A DNA stretch of 64,000 bases, from contig CAVUWD010000016.1 of assembly GCA_963745025.1 (NCBI GenBank), positions 192,001-256,000 of the forward strand, read 5' to 3'. A program made the translations under genes and the position numbers. The notes beneath the pieces are model-generated. The model did no database searches. It had not been told where the DNA came from and saw only the letters and a list, made by a program, of their open reading frames with translations. Positions 47,916-57,787 of the stretch are shown here, one piece after another. This DNA is from an uncultured delta proteobacterium (lineage in GTDB: Bacteria > Desulfobacterota > Binatia > JACPRU01). Position 1 is the stretch's first letter, and every line of letters begins with the position of its first letter.

Positions 47916-49613
47916 TCAGAACCGCGCCCAGAGCGGCGTCGGGTGAGGCGGTAACGTGTCGACGACGACGTCGAACTGGGCGAGCAGCGTTCCCTCCGCC
48001 TGCCGCAGAGCCGCGAGCGAGACGTTGTAGTCGATCAGCGCCTGGATCTCGGCGGCGCGCGCCGCGGTGACTCGCTGCTGGAAGTCCAGAATGTCCTTGG
48101 TCGTCGCCAGGCCGACGTCGTAGCGCTTCTTCTGCTGCTCGAGGTTTTCCTCGGCGAGCTCACGTGCGAGGCGCGTGACGGTGATGCGTTTCGAGTTCGA
48201 GCGCACGTTGCCGATGGCTTTCCGCGCCTCGAGCGTGACGTTGGCGAGGAGCTGGCGATAGGAGAGCTCACCACGACGGAGGTCGATCTGGCTCTGGACG
48301 TATTCCGCCTCGGCGGTCGTGTTGCCGAGCGGGACCGTGAAGGACAGGCCTCCCGAATAGGAATTGAAGTCGTCGCTCGCCAGCCGATCGAGGCTCTTGC
48401 CGTAATCCCCGGTGAACGGCGTGACCACCGTCTGGCCGGTCTGCGGATCGGTCTGCGGAACGCCGCGTCCCGACAGACCGTTGAGCCCGTAGCTGGCGTT
48501 CAGGTTCAGGCCGGGTAAGAGATTGTTGCGGTTGATCTTGGCGAGAATCTTGCGGTTCTCGATGTCGTAGCGCGCCTGCAGCACCTCCGGACGTCGCTCG
48601 ACCGCGTCGACCAGGATCTCCTGCTCGTCTACGGTGACGTCGCGAACCTCTGGGCTGTCGATCGGCTCGATCGGTCGGGGCACGAAGGCACCCTCGGGGT
48701 TGCGCTGGAGGAGCAGGCGAAGGCTGTCGGACGCGATGCTCACCGCGTTCTCGGCACTGATCACTCGCGCCTCGCGGCTCGCCGCGTCCGCTTCCGCCTC
48801 CTTGACGGCGACCGGCGGAAGAGTGCCCGCGCGGACACGGGCCTCGTTCTCCCGGAGGAGCGTCTGCGCGAGCCGCAGGCCATCCTGCTCCGCCTTGAGG
48901 TTTTCCCTTGCCTGCACGACGCCCCAGTAGGCCTCGACGACCTGCCGCACGAGCGCCACGGCCCGAGACAGGTACTGGTAGTAGGCGACGCTCGAGTTCG
49001 CCTCCGCGGAGCGCACGAGTAGGATCGTCAGGTCGATGCCGAAGTTCTTGAGCAGCGGCTGCGACACGCTGAACAAGACAGTCGGAAGGTACTGGGGGCG
49101 CAGGCCGTAAAACCGCGAGTTGGTATCCGTCTCCGTGGAGCTGCCGGCGATGGTGAACGTCGCTCCCGAGCGCAGCAGCTTTTGCAGCGACAGTGCGTAG
49201 ACGTAGTCTTTCTCGCGGAGCACTTGCGCGCCCTGCAGAACGGAGCTCGCAGGAACGACCGAGCGCTCGACGGTTCCGCTCGCCTGGAACGTCGGGTCGA
49301 AAATGCCGTTGGCGCGATCGACGTCGGCGCGCGCGAACTCGGGTCCGAGGCGCTCGACGGCGATTCCCGGATTGTTCTGGAGCGCAGCCGCAACTGCCTC
49401 GCGCAACGACAGGCGCTCGAGCGTATCGTCGCGGCTCTCGAGGTAGGCTCGTGGCTCGGGCTTCGGCTGGATGCTTTCGCTCGTCCACTGCTCGCGGAGC
49501 TGCTTCGGGAAGGAGGGAATGGGGAAGTCGTCGCTGGCCGATCCGGCGAAGACTGCGGTCGGAACGATCGAGCAGACGAGCAGCGCGGCGCCGATGACGA
49601 CGAATCGGTTCAT
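47916..49613 (-). CDS. TolC family outer-membrane efflux protein
   Basis: LSLREAVAAALQNN, SQPLLKNFG, VVEAYW, RPEV, FTVPLGN, RYDVGLAT, DYNVSLAAL. Confidence 0.92.
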   Translation of the reverse strand: MNRFVVIGAALLVCSIVPTAVFAGSASDDFPIPSFPKQLREQWTSESIQPKPEPRAYLESRDDTLERLSLREAVAAALQNNPGIAVERLGPEFARADVDRANGIFDPTFQASGTVERSVVPASSVLQGAQVLREKDYVYALSLQKLLRSGATFTIAGSSTETDTNSRFYGLRPQYLPTVLFSVSQPLLKNFGIDLTILLVRSAEANSSVAYYQYLSRAVALVRQVVEAYWGVVQARENLKAEQDGLRLAQTLLRENEARVRAGTLPPVAVKEAEADAASREARVISAENAVSIASDSLRLLLQRNPEGAFVPRPIEPIDSPEVRDVTVDEQEILVDAVERRPEVLQARYDIENRKILAKINRNNLLPGLNLNASYGLNGLSGRGVPQTDPQTGQTVVTPFTGDYGKSLDRLASDDFNSYSGGLSFTVPLGNTTAEAEYVQSQIDLRRGELSYRQLLANVTLEARKAIGNVRSNSKRITVTRLARELAEENLEQQKKRYDVGLATTKDILDFQQRVTAARAAEIQALIDYNVSLAALRQAEGTLLAQFDVVVDTLPPHPTPLWARF

Positions 49614-49689
49614 GGATCCTCGCCGCTTATGCGCCACCTCCAGGGAAGTCAAACCAGAGGGTTGCAATTGTCTTCGCATGGCCTTTTCC

Positions 49690-49953
49690 TTATGTTTGGG
49701 GCGGTGACGAGGACCAGCGCCGCGAGGGGCCGCAGCGTACGCTACCAACGGGCTCTTCTTCGGTGAGTTCCTGGCAGGCCGAGAATTGCTGCTCGAGTAC
49801 ATCGAGCGGATCGAGATCATCCGCGGACCGGTATCGGCGCTCTATGCTCAGGCCGTCGCAGATCGGCGTGCGGGCCTCGATCGTCACCGCGTCGCCGCCA
49901 ACCGACGGGTCGAAGATCAGTTGGGTGTGAATTTCGTACCCGCCTTCCGTCAC
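49690..49953 (-). CDS. Small hypothetical protein
   Basis: Acidic, globular-looking tail of ORF 49690-50268 that fills the gap upstream of tolC. No motif recognised. Confidence 0.3.
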   Translation of the reverse strand: MTEGGYEIHTQLIFDPSVGGDAVTIEARTPICDGLSIERRYRSADDLDPLDVLEQQFSACQELTEEEPVGSVRCGPSRRWSSSPPQT

Positions 49954-49996
49954 GACGTGGAGATCCGCGAGTGAAAGGCTCTGTCCTGATCGTTTC

Positions 49997-51691
49997 GTGA
50001 GCCCGCTCGCTTCATCATCGAGCTCGATGCCGGCCGCCCCCGCCCGCGCTCGAACCGCGGTGTTTGGCCGCAACCCTCGAGGACTCGGTTTGCGCGCGAA
50101 GTTTCTGATGCTGGCGAGCATCGGTTTCATCGTCAGCGGCGTGGTGTTCGGCTGGGCATTCTCGCGACAGTACCAGACCCTGCTGCGCTCGGAGTTCCAA
50201 AAGCGCGGCGAAACGCTGGCGCGTGGCCTGGCAGCCAACGGTCGGCTCGACGTCTGGGCGGAGAACAAAGAACGGCTGGCGCGCCTGGCGGAGAGCGCTC
50301 GCGAGGAAGCCGACGTGGTGGCCGCATCGGTCTATAACGCGCGCGGCGAGGTGTTGGCCCGCGTCGAGAAGGTTCGTGGCGCCGCGGCAGAGCGGGCGCC
50401 GGTCGTGCCCAGTTTCATCGCCGTGGAGGCGAAGACGCTGCCGGACGGAGCGCGCGCGCTTTCCGTCCTCGCGCCGGTGGAGCTGCAAGTCGAAGCCGGC
50501 CGCGTTCCCGACGAGTCCGCCGCGCGGCTCGGCGGATCGAGCGGCAAGCCGATGCGCGCCGAGGCGCTCGGCGCGATCGAGATCGTGTTCGGCCTGCGCG
50601 CCGTCGAGCAGCGTATCGCCGACGTACAGGCCACGACGATGACGATGACCGCGGGAATCGCCGGCATCGGCATCGTGCTCGTGTTCTGGCTCTCGCGCGT
50701 TTTCGTGGTGCCGATCGAGCGCATGGCCGTCGCGGCTCGGCGGATCGCCGCCGGCGACTTCCGCGGGAGTGCGACGGTCCGCCGCAGCGACGAGCTCGGC
50801 GAGCTCGCGGAGGCGTTCAACACGATGACCACGACTCTCGCGGAACGCGAGGAGGAGCTCCGCCGCGTGAATCAGTCGCTCGAGCACAAGGTGCGCGAGC
50901 GCACTTCCGAGCTCCAGATCAAGCAATCGGAGCGAATCGCCGCCCACGTGGAGCTCGAGCGCGCGAGTCGGTTGAAGTTCGAATTTCTCGCCAACATGTC
51001 GCATGAGCTGCGCACGCCGCTGCATGCGGTGAATGGCTTCTCGGAGCTCTTGCTCGAGCAGAGCTCCGGGCCGCTCGTACCGAAGCAGCAGCGATACGTC
51101 GAGAACATTCTCGCCAACGGCAAGCACCTGCTCCAGCTGATCAACGATATCCTCGACCTCTCGAAGATCGAGGCCGGACGGATGGATCTGCGGCTCGAGG
51201 AGTTCTCGCTCCAGCAAACGATCGAGAGCGCCGTCAGCGTGATCGAGCCGCTCGCCCAGAAGAAGGGGCTCGCGATCGAGGTGTCGATCGAATCCGGGCT
51301 CGATCCCGTGCGGCTGGACCGGGGCAAGACGAAGCAGATTCTGTACAACCTGATGAGTAACGCCGTGAAGTTCACCGATGCGGGACGAATCACGATCTCC
51401 GCGGCGCGTGGCGGCCGGGGGCGGGGAGGGGTGGAGGTGGTCGTCGCCGATACGGGCATCGGCATCCGCGCCGACGACCAGAAGCGGATCTTTCGCGAGT
51501 TCGAGCAGGTGGATGGCGCCCATTCGCGAAAATACGAGGGAACCGGTCTCGGCCTCTCGTTGACGCGCCGCCTCGTGGAGCTTCAGGGAGGGAGCATTCG
51601 CCTGGAGAGCGAGCTCGGCCGCGGCAGCCGATTCATCGTTCGACTGCCGGCGAACCCGGAGGCGCCGCGAAACGGAAGCGAGGGGAGGTAG
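49997..51691 (+). CDS. Membrane sensor histidine kinase (periplasmic sensor, HAMP, HisKA, HATPase)
   Basis: Two TMs, DELGELAEAFN HAMP, FLANMSHELRTPL, NLMSNAVKFT, DTGIGI, GTGLGL. No receiver domain. Confidence 0.95.
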   Translation: MSPLASSSSSMPAAPARARTAVFGRNPRGLGLRAKFLMLASIGFIVSGVVFGWAFSRQYQTLLRSEFQKRGETLARGLAANGRLDVWAENKERLARLAESAREEADVVAASVYNARGEVLARVEKVRGAAAERAPVVPSFIAVEAKTLPDGARALSVLAPVELQVEAGRVPDESAARLGGSSGKPMRAEALGAIEIVFGLRAVEQRIADVQATTMTMTAGIAGIGIVLVFWLSRVFVVPIERMAVAARRIAAGDFRGSATVRRSDELGELAEAFNTMTTTLAEREEELRRVNQSLEHKVRERTSELQIKQSERIAAHVELERASRLKFEFLANMSHELRTPLHAVNGFSELLLEQSSGPLVPKQQRYVENILANGKHLLQLINDILDLSKIEAGRMDLRLEEFSLQQTIESAVSVIEPLAQKKGLAIEVSIESGLDPVRLDRGKTKQILYNLMSNAVKFTDAGRITISAARGGRGRGGVEVVVADTGIGIRADDQKRIFREFEQVDGAHSRKYEGTGLGLSLTRRLVELQGGSIRLESELGRGSRFIVRLPANPEAPRNGSEGR

Positions 51692-51792
51692 TTCATGGGC
51701 GGGGCGCCCCCTCACCATTTGCCCAGATGCCGAGATGATCCACGACCACCCGGCGTTGACGGAAGCCGGGTCATTGGCTAGAGGAGCCACTG

Positions 51793-51888
51793 GAAGTGCG
51801 CAACTGGCGAAGTGGATGCACCACGAGGGAGCGCGCTTCTTCCACTCGTGATCGGGTGGATGAGTCGAGCGGGTCGCACGCCTGGGCC
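51793..51888 (+). ncRNA. ZMP/ZTP (pfl) riboswitch
   Basis: P1 GAAGTGCGC/GCGCGCTTC, ACTGGCGAA, GTGG-ATGCA-CCAC, GAGGGA, linker, then GGTCGCACGCCTGGGCC with the GGCG/CGCC pseudoknot. Confidence 0.88.
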
Positions 51889-51922
51889 TCCGCGGGAGCG
51901 ATGAGGTGCCGGGCTTTTTTTT
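51880..51922 (+). terminator. Intrinsic terminator of the riboswitch expression platform
   Basis: GCCTGGGCCTC pairs with GAGGTGCCGGGC, followed by 8 T. The 5' arm overlaps riboswitch P3. Confidence 0.8.
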
Positions 51923-51958
51923 GGACGGAACGATGATGAAGATGATGAACAGGAAGCG

Positions 51959-53113
51959 ATGATGATCAAGAGATACCTGCTGACCCCAGGGCCGACGCCA
52001 GTACCTCCGGAGGTGGCGCTGAAGATGGCCGAGCCGATCATCCACCATCGCACTCCGGAGTTCAGCAAGATTTTCTCCGAGGTTCGCGGCGGCCTGCAGA
52101 GGCTCTTCCAGACGGCAGGGGACGTGCTCGTGCTGGCCAGCTCCGGCACCGGCGCGATGGAAGCATCGGTGGTGAACCTGCTCTCGGCGGGGGACCGCGT
52201 CATCGTCGTGAACGGCGGTAAGTTCGGCGAGCGCTGGACGAAGATCTGCCAGAGCTATGGCGTCGTGGTCGAGGAACTCAAGGTCGAATGGGGCGAGGCC
52301 GTGGCGGTCGACCGCGTGCGCGCGGCGCTCGAGCAGTTTCCCGACGCCAAGGCGCTGCTCGTCCAGGCGAGCGAGACCTCGACGACCGCCGTTCATCCGG
52401 TCGAGGAGATCGCCGCGCTCACCAGAACCCGCGAGACGCTGCTCATCGTCGACGGCATCACCGCGGTCGGCGTGTACGACGTGCCGATGGATCGCTCCGG
52501 AATCGACGTGCTCGTGACGGGATCGCAAAAAGCGCTAATGCTGCCCCCCGGCCTCGCTTTCGTGGCGCTCAGCGAGCGCGCCTGGAAGCGCGCGGACAAG
52601 CCGCATCTGCCGAGCTTCTACTTCGACCTGAATCGCGAACGGAAGAACCAGGGGGACAATACGACGGCGTACACGCCGGCCGTGTCGCTCGTCTTCGGAC
52701 TCCATGCGGTGCTCGAGATGCTCGAGCAGGAAGGTTACGAGAACGTGTTTCGCCGCCACGCGCGGCTCGCCGCCGCGACGCGTGCCGCCGGAGCCGCGCT
52801 CGGCTTGAAGCCGCTCGCGCCGCTCGCGCCGAGCCCGGCGGCCACCGGTCTCTACATGCCGGCCGGCCTCGACAGCGGCAAGCTCACCAAGTACCTGCGC
52901 GACAAGGTGGGCGTCAGCTTCGCCGGCGGGCAGGATCATCTGAAGGGCAAGATCGTGCGCATCGCGCACATCGGCTACTTCGGCGATTTCGACATCGTGA
53001 CGGCGATCGCGGCGCTGGAGATGGCGCTCACCAAGTTCGGCGCACGCGTCGATTTCGGCAGCGGAGTCGCGGCTGCGGAGCGCGTGCTCGTGGAAGGCTT
53101 GCCGTCCGTGTGA
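51959..53113 (+). CDS. Class V aminotransferase (alanine/serine-glyoxylate type, probably acting as phosphoserine aminotransferase)
   Basis: LLTPGPTPV, SSGTGAMEA, GKFGERW, IVDGIT, GSQKALMLPPG. Directly upstream of serA. Confidence 0.92.
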   Translation: MMIKRYLLTPGPTPVPPEVALKMAEPIIHHRTPEFSKIFSEVRGGLQRLFQTAGDVLVLASSGTGAMEASVVNLLSAGDRVIVVNGGKFGERWTKICQSYGVVVEELKVEWGEAVAVDRVRAALEQFPDAKALLVQASETSTTAVHPVEEIAALTRTRETLLIVDGITAVGVYDVPMDRSGIDVLVTGSQKALMLPPGLAFVALSERAWKRADKPHLPSFYFDLNRERKNQGDNTTAYTPAVSLVFGLHAVLEMLEQEGYENVFRRHARLAAATRAAGAALGLKPLAPLAPSPAATGLYMPAGLDSGKLTKYLRDKVGVSFAGGQDHLKGKIVRIAHIGYFGDFDIVTAIAALEMALTKFGARVDFGSGVAAAERVLVEGLPSV

Positions 53114-53127
53114 ACGGGAAGAATGTC

Positions 53128-54723
53128 ATGACGACGGAAGTCCACAAGGTACTGATCACCGATTCGCTCGCCGAGCAGGGACGCGCGATTCTCGAGCGCG
53201 TTCCCGAGATCCGCATGGACTACCGCCCGGGCCTGAAGCCCGACGAGATTCGCGCGATCATCGGCGAATACGACGCGTTGATCGTGCGCAGCGGCACGCG
53301 CGCGACGGCCGACATCATCCAAGCGGGGACGTCGCTGAAGGTGATCGGGCGGGCCGGCATCGGCGTCGACAACATCGACGTCGAGGCGGCGAGCAAGCGG
53401 GGGATCGTGGTGATGAATACGCCCGGCGGCAACAACGTGACCACCGCCGAGCACGCGCTCACCCTCCTGCTGGCGATGGCGCGCAACATTCCGCAGGCAT
53501 CGGCGTCTCTCCGCGCCGGCAAGTGGGAGCGAAACAAGTTCACCGGAGTGGAGGTTTGCGGCAAGACGCTCGGAATCATCGGCGTCGGCAACGTCGGCTC
53601 GGTGGTCGCGGATCGCGCCCAGGGCCTGAAGATGAAGGTGATCGCATACGATCCTTACCTCACCGCCGAAGCGGCTGCCCGGAGCGGCATCGAGCTCGTC
53701 TCGCTCGACGACCTCTACGCGCGCGCGGACTTCATTTCGGTGCATACGCCGCTCACCGCGGAAACGCGTGGGCTGATCGGCAAGGACGCGTTCGCGAAGA
53801 TGCGAAAAGGGGTACGGATCGTCAATTGTGCGCGCGGAGGAATCGTCGACGAGCTGGCGCTCGCGGAAGCGATTCGCGCCGGCCAGGTGGCCGGTGCCGC
53901 GCTCGACGTCTTCGTGGAGGAGCCGCCGCCGAAGGACCACCCGCTGCTCGCCCTCGACGGGATCGTAGCCACGCCGCATCTCGGCGCCTCGACGGACGAG
54001 GCACAGATCAACGTGGCGATCGCCATCGCCGAGCAGGTCGTCGACTTCCTGACCCGCGGCGAGGTACGCGCGGCGGTCAATTTTCCGAATCTCTCCGCCG
54101 AGCGGCTTGCCGTGCTCCAACCGTTCCTGGCGCTCGGCGAGAAAGTGGGCTCGCTGCAGGCGCAGATGGTGCCGGGTGCTCCCCGCGAAGTCGACATCGA
54201 GAGCAGCGGCGATGTGGCCGATCACGACATGAAGGCGCTGACCGCGTCGGTCCTGAAGGGGCTACTGTCGCCGGTGATGGAGTCGGGCGTGAACTATGTG
54301 AACGCGCCATTCATCGCGCGCGAACGCGGCATTCGCGTGGTCGAGTCGCGGTCGAGCGTCCCGTCGGACTTTCTCAATTCGCTGACCGTGCGCGTGAAGC
54401 GCGACGGTGAGACTACTGCGGTGACGGGAGCCGTGTTCGGCAAGAAGACCCTCCGCATCGTGCGCATCAACAAGTTCTACATGGAGGCGGTTCCGCAGGG
54501 ATACATCTTGATCCTCAACAACCGCGACGTCCCGGGCGTCGTCGGGGGTGTCGGCACTCTGCTCGGCGCGCGCGGGATCAACATCGCAGGGATCGAGCTC
54601 GGCCGCGACGAGAGCGGACAAGCGATCTCCTTCTTCCACGTCGACGAGCCCGTGCCGCCGCCGGTGCTCGCCGAGCTCCGGCGCCTGCCGGCGATAACCT
54701 CCGCGCAGCTCGTCCAGCTCTGA
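53128..54723 (+). CDS. serA: D-3-phosphoglycerate dehydrogenase (type I, with ACT domain)
   Basis: GRAGIGVDNID, GIIGVGNVG, NCARGG, TPHLGAST, NRDVPGVVG ACT domain. Confidence 0.97.
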   Translation: MTTEVHKVLITDSLAEQGRAILERVPEIRMDYRPGLKPDEIRAIIGEYDALIVRSGTRATADIIQAGTSLKVIGRAGIGVDNIDVEAASKRGIVVMNTPGGNNVTTAEHALTLLLAMARNIPQASASLRAGKWERNKFTGVEVCGKTLGIIGVGNVGSVVADRAQGLKMKVIAYDPYLTAEAAARSGIELVSLDDLYARADFISVHTPLTAETRGLIGKDAFAKMRKGVRIVNCARGGIVDELALAEAIRAGQVAGAALDVFVEEPPPKDHPLLALDGIVATPHLGASTDEAQINVAIAIAEQVVDFLTRGEVRAAVNFPNLSAERLAVLQPFLALGEKVGSLQAQMVPGAPREVDIESSGDVADHDMKALTASVLKGLLSPVMESGVNYVNAPFIARERGIRVVESRSSVPSDFLNSLTVRVKRDGETTAVTGAVFGKKTLRIVRINKFYMEAVPQGYILILNNRDVPGVVGGVGTLLGARGINIAGIELGRDESGQAISFFHVDEPVPPPVLAELRRLPAITSAQLVQL

Positions 54724-54728
54724 CCGCG

Positions 54729-56081
54729 ATGCGCCGCGATCCGAAGACCCTCGTCGTGATCGGTGCCCAGTGGGGCGACGAGGGGAAGGGGAAGATCGTC
54801 GACCTGCTGGCGGAGCGATCCGACATCATCGTTCGCTTTCAGGGCGGGAACAACGCGGGCCACACGCTCGTGGTCGGCGGCGAGAAGACGGTCCTCCACC
54901 TCGTGCCGTCCGGAGTGCTGCACCACGGGAAGACGTGTGTGATCGCCAACGGAGTCGTGGTGGATCCGCTGGTGCTGCTCGACGAGATAGACGCGTTGCG
55001 CCGCCGGGGGTTCCTGGCGCGCGACGAGGATCTGCGCATCTCGGAGCAGGTGCATTTGATTCTGCCGTACCACAAGGCGATCGACCTCGCGCGCGAGCGC
55101 CTTCGCGGGCAGGGCAGGATCGGTACGACGGGGCGGGGGATCGGTCCAGCCTACGAGGACAAGATGGCGCGGATCGGGATCCGCATCGTGGATTTGCTCG
55201 AGGAGGAGACCTTTCGCGAGAAGCTCTCGGCGAACCTCGAGGAGAAGAACGCATACCTCCGTTCCATTCTCGGGGAAGACGCCTTCGCTTTCGACGGGAT
55301 CTTCGAGTCGTATCGCACGATCGGGGAACGCCTACGGCCTCACGTCGCCGACACGTCTCGCTTACTCGATCGGGAGATCCGCAGCGGCAAGCGTGTGCTC
55401 TTCGAGGGAGCGCAGGGCACCATGCTCGACGTCGATCATGGGACCTACCCGTTCGTGACGTCGTCCAATTGCGTCTCGGGCGCCGTGTTTGCCGGAAGCG
55501 GCATCGCCCCGGGATTGCTCGGTCGCTCGCTCGGCATCACCAAAGCATACACGACGCGCGTGGGAAGCGGGCCGTTCCCGACCGAGCTCGACGGGGCGAT
55601 CGGCGACAGGCTTCGCCGAGACGGCGACGAGTACGGGGCGACGACCGGCCGGGCCCGCCGTTGCGGCTGGTTCGATGCGGTCGCCGTGCGCCACGCCGTG
55701 CGGCTCTCCGGTCTCGACGGCCTCGCCATCACCAAGCTCGACGTGCTCGCCGGTCTCGATCCCTTGCGCATCTGCGTTGCATACCGCTCGGGCGAGTCGA
55801 CGATCGACCACGTACCGGCGGGCGCCCGTGCGCTCGCGCGGGCCGAGCCCGTCTACGAGGACTGGCCGGGCTTCGGCAGCTTATCGAGCGTCGGCAGCCT
55901 CGAGGAACTGCCGGCGAACGCGCGCCGCTATCTCGATCGGATCACGGAGCTGACCGGGGCTCCCGTTTGCATCGTCTCGGTCGGCGCGCGGCGCGAAGAC
56001 ACGATCGTGATCGACGACCCGTTCGCATGGGCGGCGGGCGCCAAACCCGGCTGCGAGCCCAACAACCTTCCATTGACTTAG
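54729..56081 (+). CDS. purA: Adenylosuccinate synthetase
   Basis: GAQWGDEGKGK, GGNNAGHT, GTTGRGIGPAY, EGAQG, GATTGRARRCGW, TKLD. Confidence 0.98.
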   Translation: MRRDPKTLVVIGAQWGDEGKGKIVDLLAERSDIIVRFQGGNNAGHTLVVGGEKTVLHLVPSGVLHHGKTCVIANGVVVDPLVLLDEIDALRRRGFLARDEDLRISEQVHLILPYHKAIDLARERLRGQGRIGTTGRGIGPAYEDKMARIGIRIVDLLEEETFREKLSANLEEKNAYLRSILGEDAFAFDGIFESYRTIGERLRPHVADTSRLLDREIRSGKRVLFEGAQGTMLDVDHGTYPFVTSSNCVSGAVFAGSGIAPGLLGRSLGITKAYTTRVGSGPFPTELDGAIGDRLRRDGDEYGATTGRARRCGWFDAVAVRHAVRLSGLDGLAITKLDVLAGLDPLRICVAYRSGESTIDHVPAGARALARAEPVYEDWPGFGSLSSVGSLEELPANARRYLDRITELTGAPVCIVSVGARREDTIVIDDPFAWAAGAKPGCEPNNLPLT

Positions 56082-56310
56082 CCCGCGCTTCTCACGTATT
56101 TCCCCTGCAATAGCGAGGGCCTGCGTGCCTTCTTGAGAGCGGCCTCAAGCTACGTGAAATCGCTCACCCGAACGTCTTCGCCGACGCTGCTTGACCTCGA
56201 GACACAATCTTCGCAAGACTACGAATGAAGAATCTATCCGCCTCCGGAAATCTGCTGCGGAAGGGTGAAACACAAGCGCGGGAGGATAACCCGCGGAGTC
56301 AGGGGGTCGT

Positions 56311-57600
56311 ATGAGCGGTCGAGGTGCAGCGGTGCTTGCTGGATTGGTCGGGGCGTTCCTGTGGATGGCGTCGCCGGCGGCGGGAGCCACGAGCCTGGTG
56401 GACCAGCTCGACGGCTTGTTCGGCCAAACGGGGGTCACGCTCGACGTCCAACCGGTCAATCCTGCCTTTCCTCCCCACACGGCGCACTTCCAAAGCGCCA
56501 GCTTGCAGCAGCTCGGCATCCTCACCAGCACACTCTCCGCAGAAGCGGCCGATTTCCCGGCCATCTCCACCGTTCCCGGATTCACCTACCGGTATGACGA
56601 GAAGCTCCAGGTGTTCGAGCCGGCGACAGGATCGCTCGGGCCGATTTTCGTCGAGCGCCCGGAGACGGTCGGCAAAGGGAAGTTCGAGTTCGGTCTTTCG
56701 TACGCCTACGTCGATTTCAAGCAGCTCAACGGGACAGATCTCGACAAGCTCAACTTCACGCTCAGTCACAACGACTGCTGCGGCGGTCCGAACACGCCCG
56801 ACTTCCCGGCGTTCGAAGACGACACAATCACTGTGAACCTCGAGAAGTTCAAGCTCACCTCGAACGTGATCACGCTCACCGGCACCTACGGTCTGACGGA
56901 CCGCTTCGACGTCAACCTGCTGCTGCCGGTCGTCTACACGGACATGGATGTACGGGGTGTGGCGACGATCCACAACACCACGCAGCCGCCGATCCATTTC
57001 TTCGACAACGCGACGCGGACCATTCAGCAAGTGCGCTCGGTGAGCGACAACCACCTCGGCGTCGGTGATCTGCAGCTACGCTCGAAGTATCGCCTCGATC
57101 CGATCGCGGGCTTCGGCACGGCCGTCGGGTTGACGTTCCGCCTCCCCTCCGGCTCGCAGGACAACTTCCAGGGTTTCGGCGATTTCACGCTGGAGCCGTT
57201 CGCCGTGACCGCCCGTGACTTCGGTCGCATCAACGTGCACGCGAGCACGGGCTTCCAGATCGATCCGCAGAGCCTCGACCGGACCCGCGTGCGCTACGGC
57301 GGCGGCGTTGCCTGGCAGGCCCTCGATCGTGTGGCGATCGTCACCGACATCATCGGCAGCTCGAACATCACCTCGGAGAAGGAGACGATCGACGTCCCCA
57401 CTTTCGATCAGCAAGGGAAGGTCATCGGCTCCCAGACGGTGACGACCAGCCTGCATGCCGACATCGTCGACGTCGTCCCGGGCATCAAGGTCAACATCGC
57501 GGGGTCGGCCGTCGCATTCTTCTCCGCCTTCGTACCCCTCAACGACAGCGGGTTGCGCGCCAGCTTCATCCCGACCGGCGGCGTCGAGATGAGCTTCTGA
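56311..57600 (+). CDS. Outer-membrane beta-barrel channel (MetA-pathway/phenol-degradation 'transporter'-like)
   Basis: Signal peptide, GVGDLQLRSKY, LPSG, amphipathic strands, C-terminal F. Confidence 0.7.
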   Translation: MSGRGAAVLAGLVGAFLWMASPAAGATSLVDQLDGLFGQTGVTLDVQPVNPAFPPHTAHFQSASLQQLGILTSTLSAEAADFPAISTVPGFTYRYDEKLQVFEPATGSLGPIFVERPETVGKGKFEFGLSYAYVDFKQLNGTDLDKLNFTLSHNDCCGGPNTPDFPAFEDDTITVNLEKFKLTSNVITLTGTYGLTDRFDVNLLLPVVYTDMDVRGVATIHNTTQPPIHFFDNATRTIQQVRSVSDNHLGVGDLQLRSKYRLDPIAGFGTAVGLTFRLPSGSQDNFQGFGDFTLEPFAVTARDFGRINVHASTGFQIDPQSLDRTRVRYGGGVAWQALDRVAIVTDIIGSSNITSEKETIDVPTFDQQGKVIGSQTVTTSLHADIVDVVPGIKVNIAGSAVAFFSAFVPLNDSGLRASFIPTGGVEMSF

Positions 57601-57787
57601 GACATCTCGTCGGGGACGTTACACGTCTGCGCAACCGCGGAGATGACCTTGCCGAGCGTCAGCTCGGCCTCGAGCTCGTACGTGCGGCGAACTCCGGCGG
57701 ATGTCCTGGTCTCCCCATGCTGTCCTCCTTCGGACAGCAGCATCAGAGAATCCAAGAATAGGACTCCGCGAAAGCGAGGACACACCA
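57601..57787 (-). mobile_element. Composite scar: IS3-like left end and orfA start joined to a recombinase-like tail with a tRNA-3'-like att fragment
   Basis: TGGTGTGTCCTCGCTTTCGCGGAGTCC end, AAGGAGG RBS, MGRPGHPPEF, then TYELEAELTLGKVI...CNVPD. ATCTCGTCGGGGACGTTA on + resembles a tRNA 3' end. Confidence 0.4.

Noticed and set aside
56082-56310. Possible ncRNA after purA
   Set aside because: Only short hairpins, with no tRNA, 6S or riboswitch features recognised
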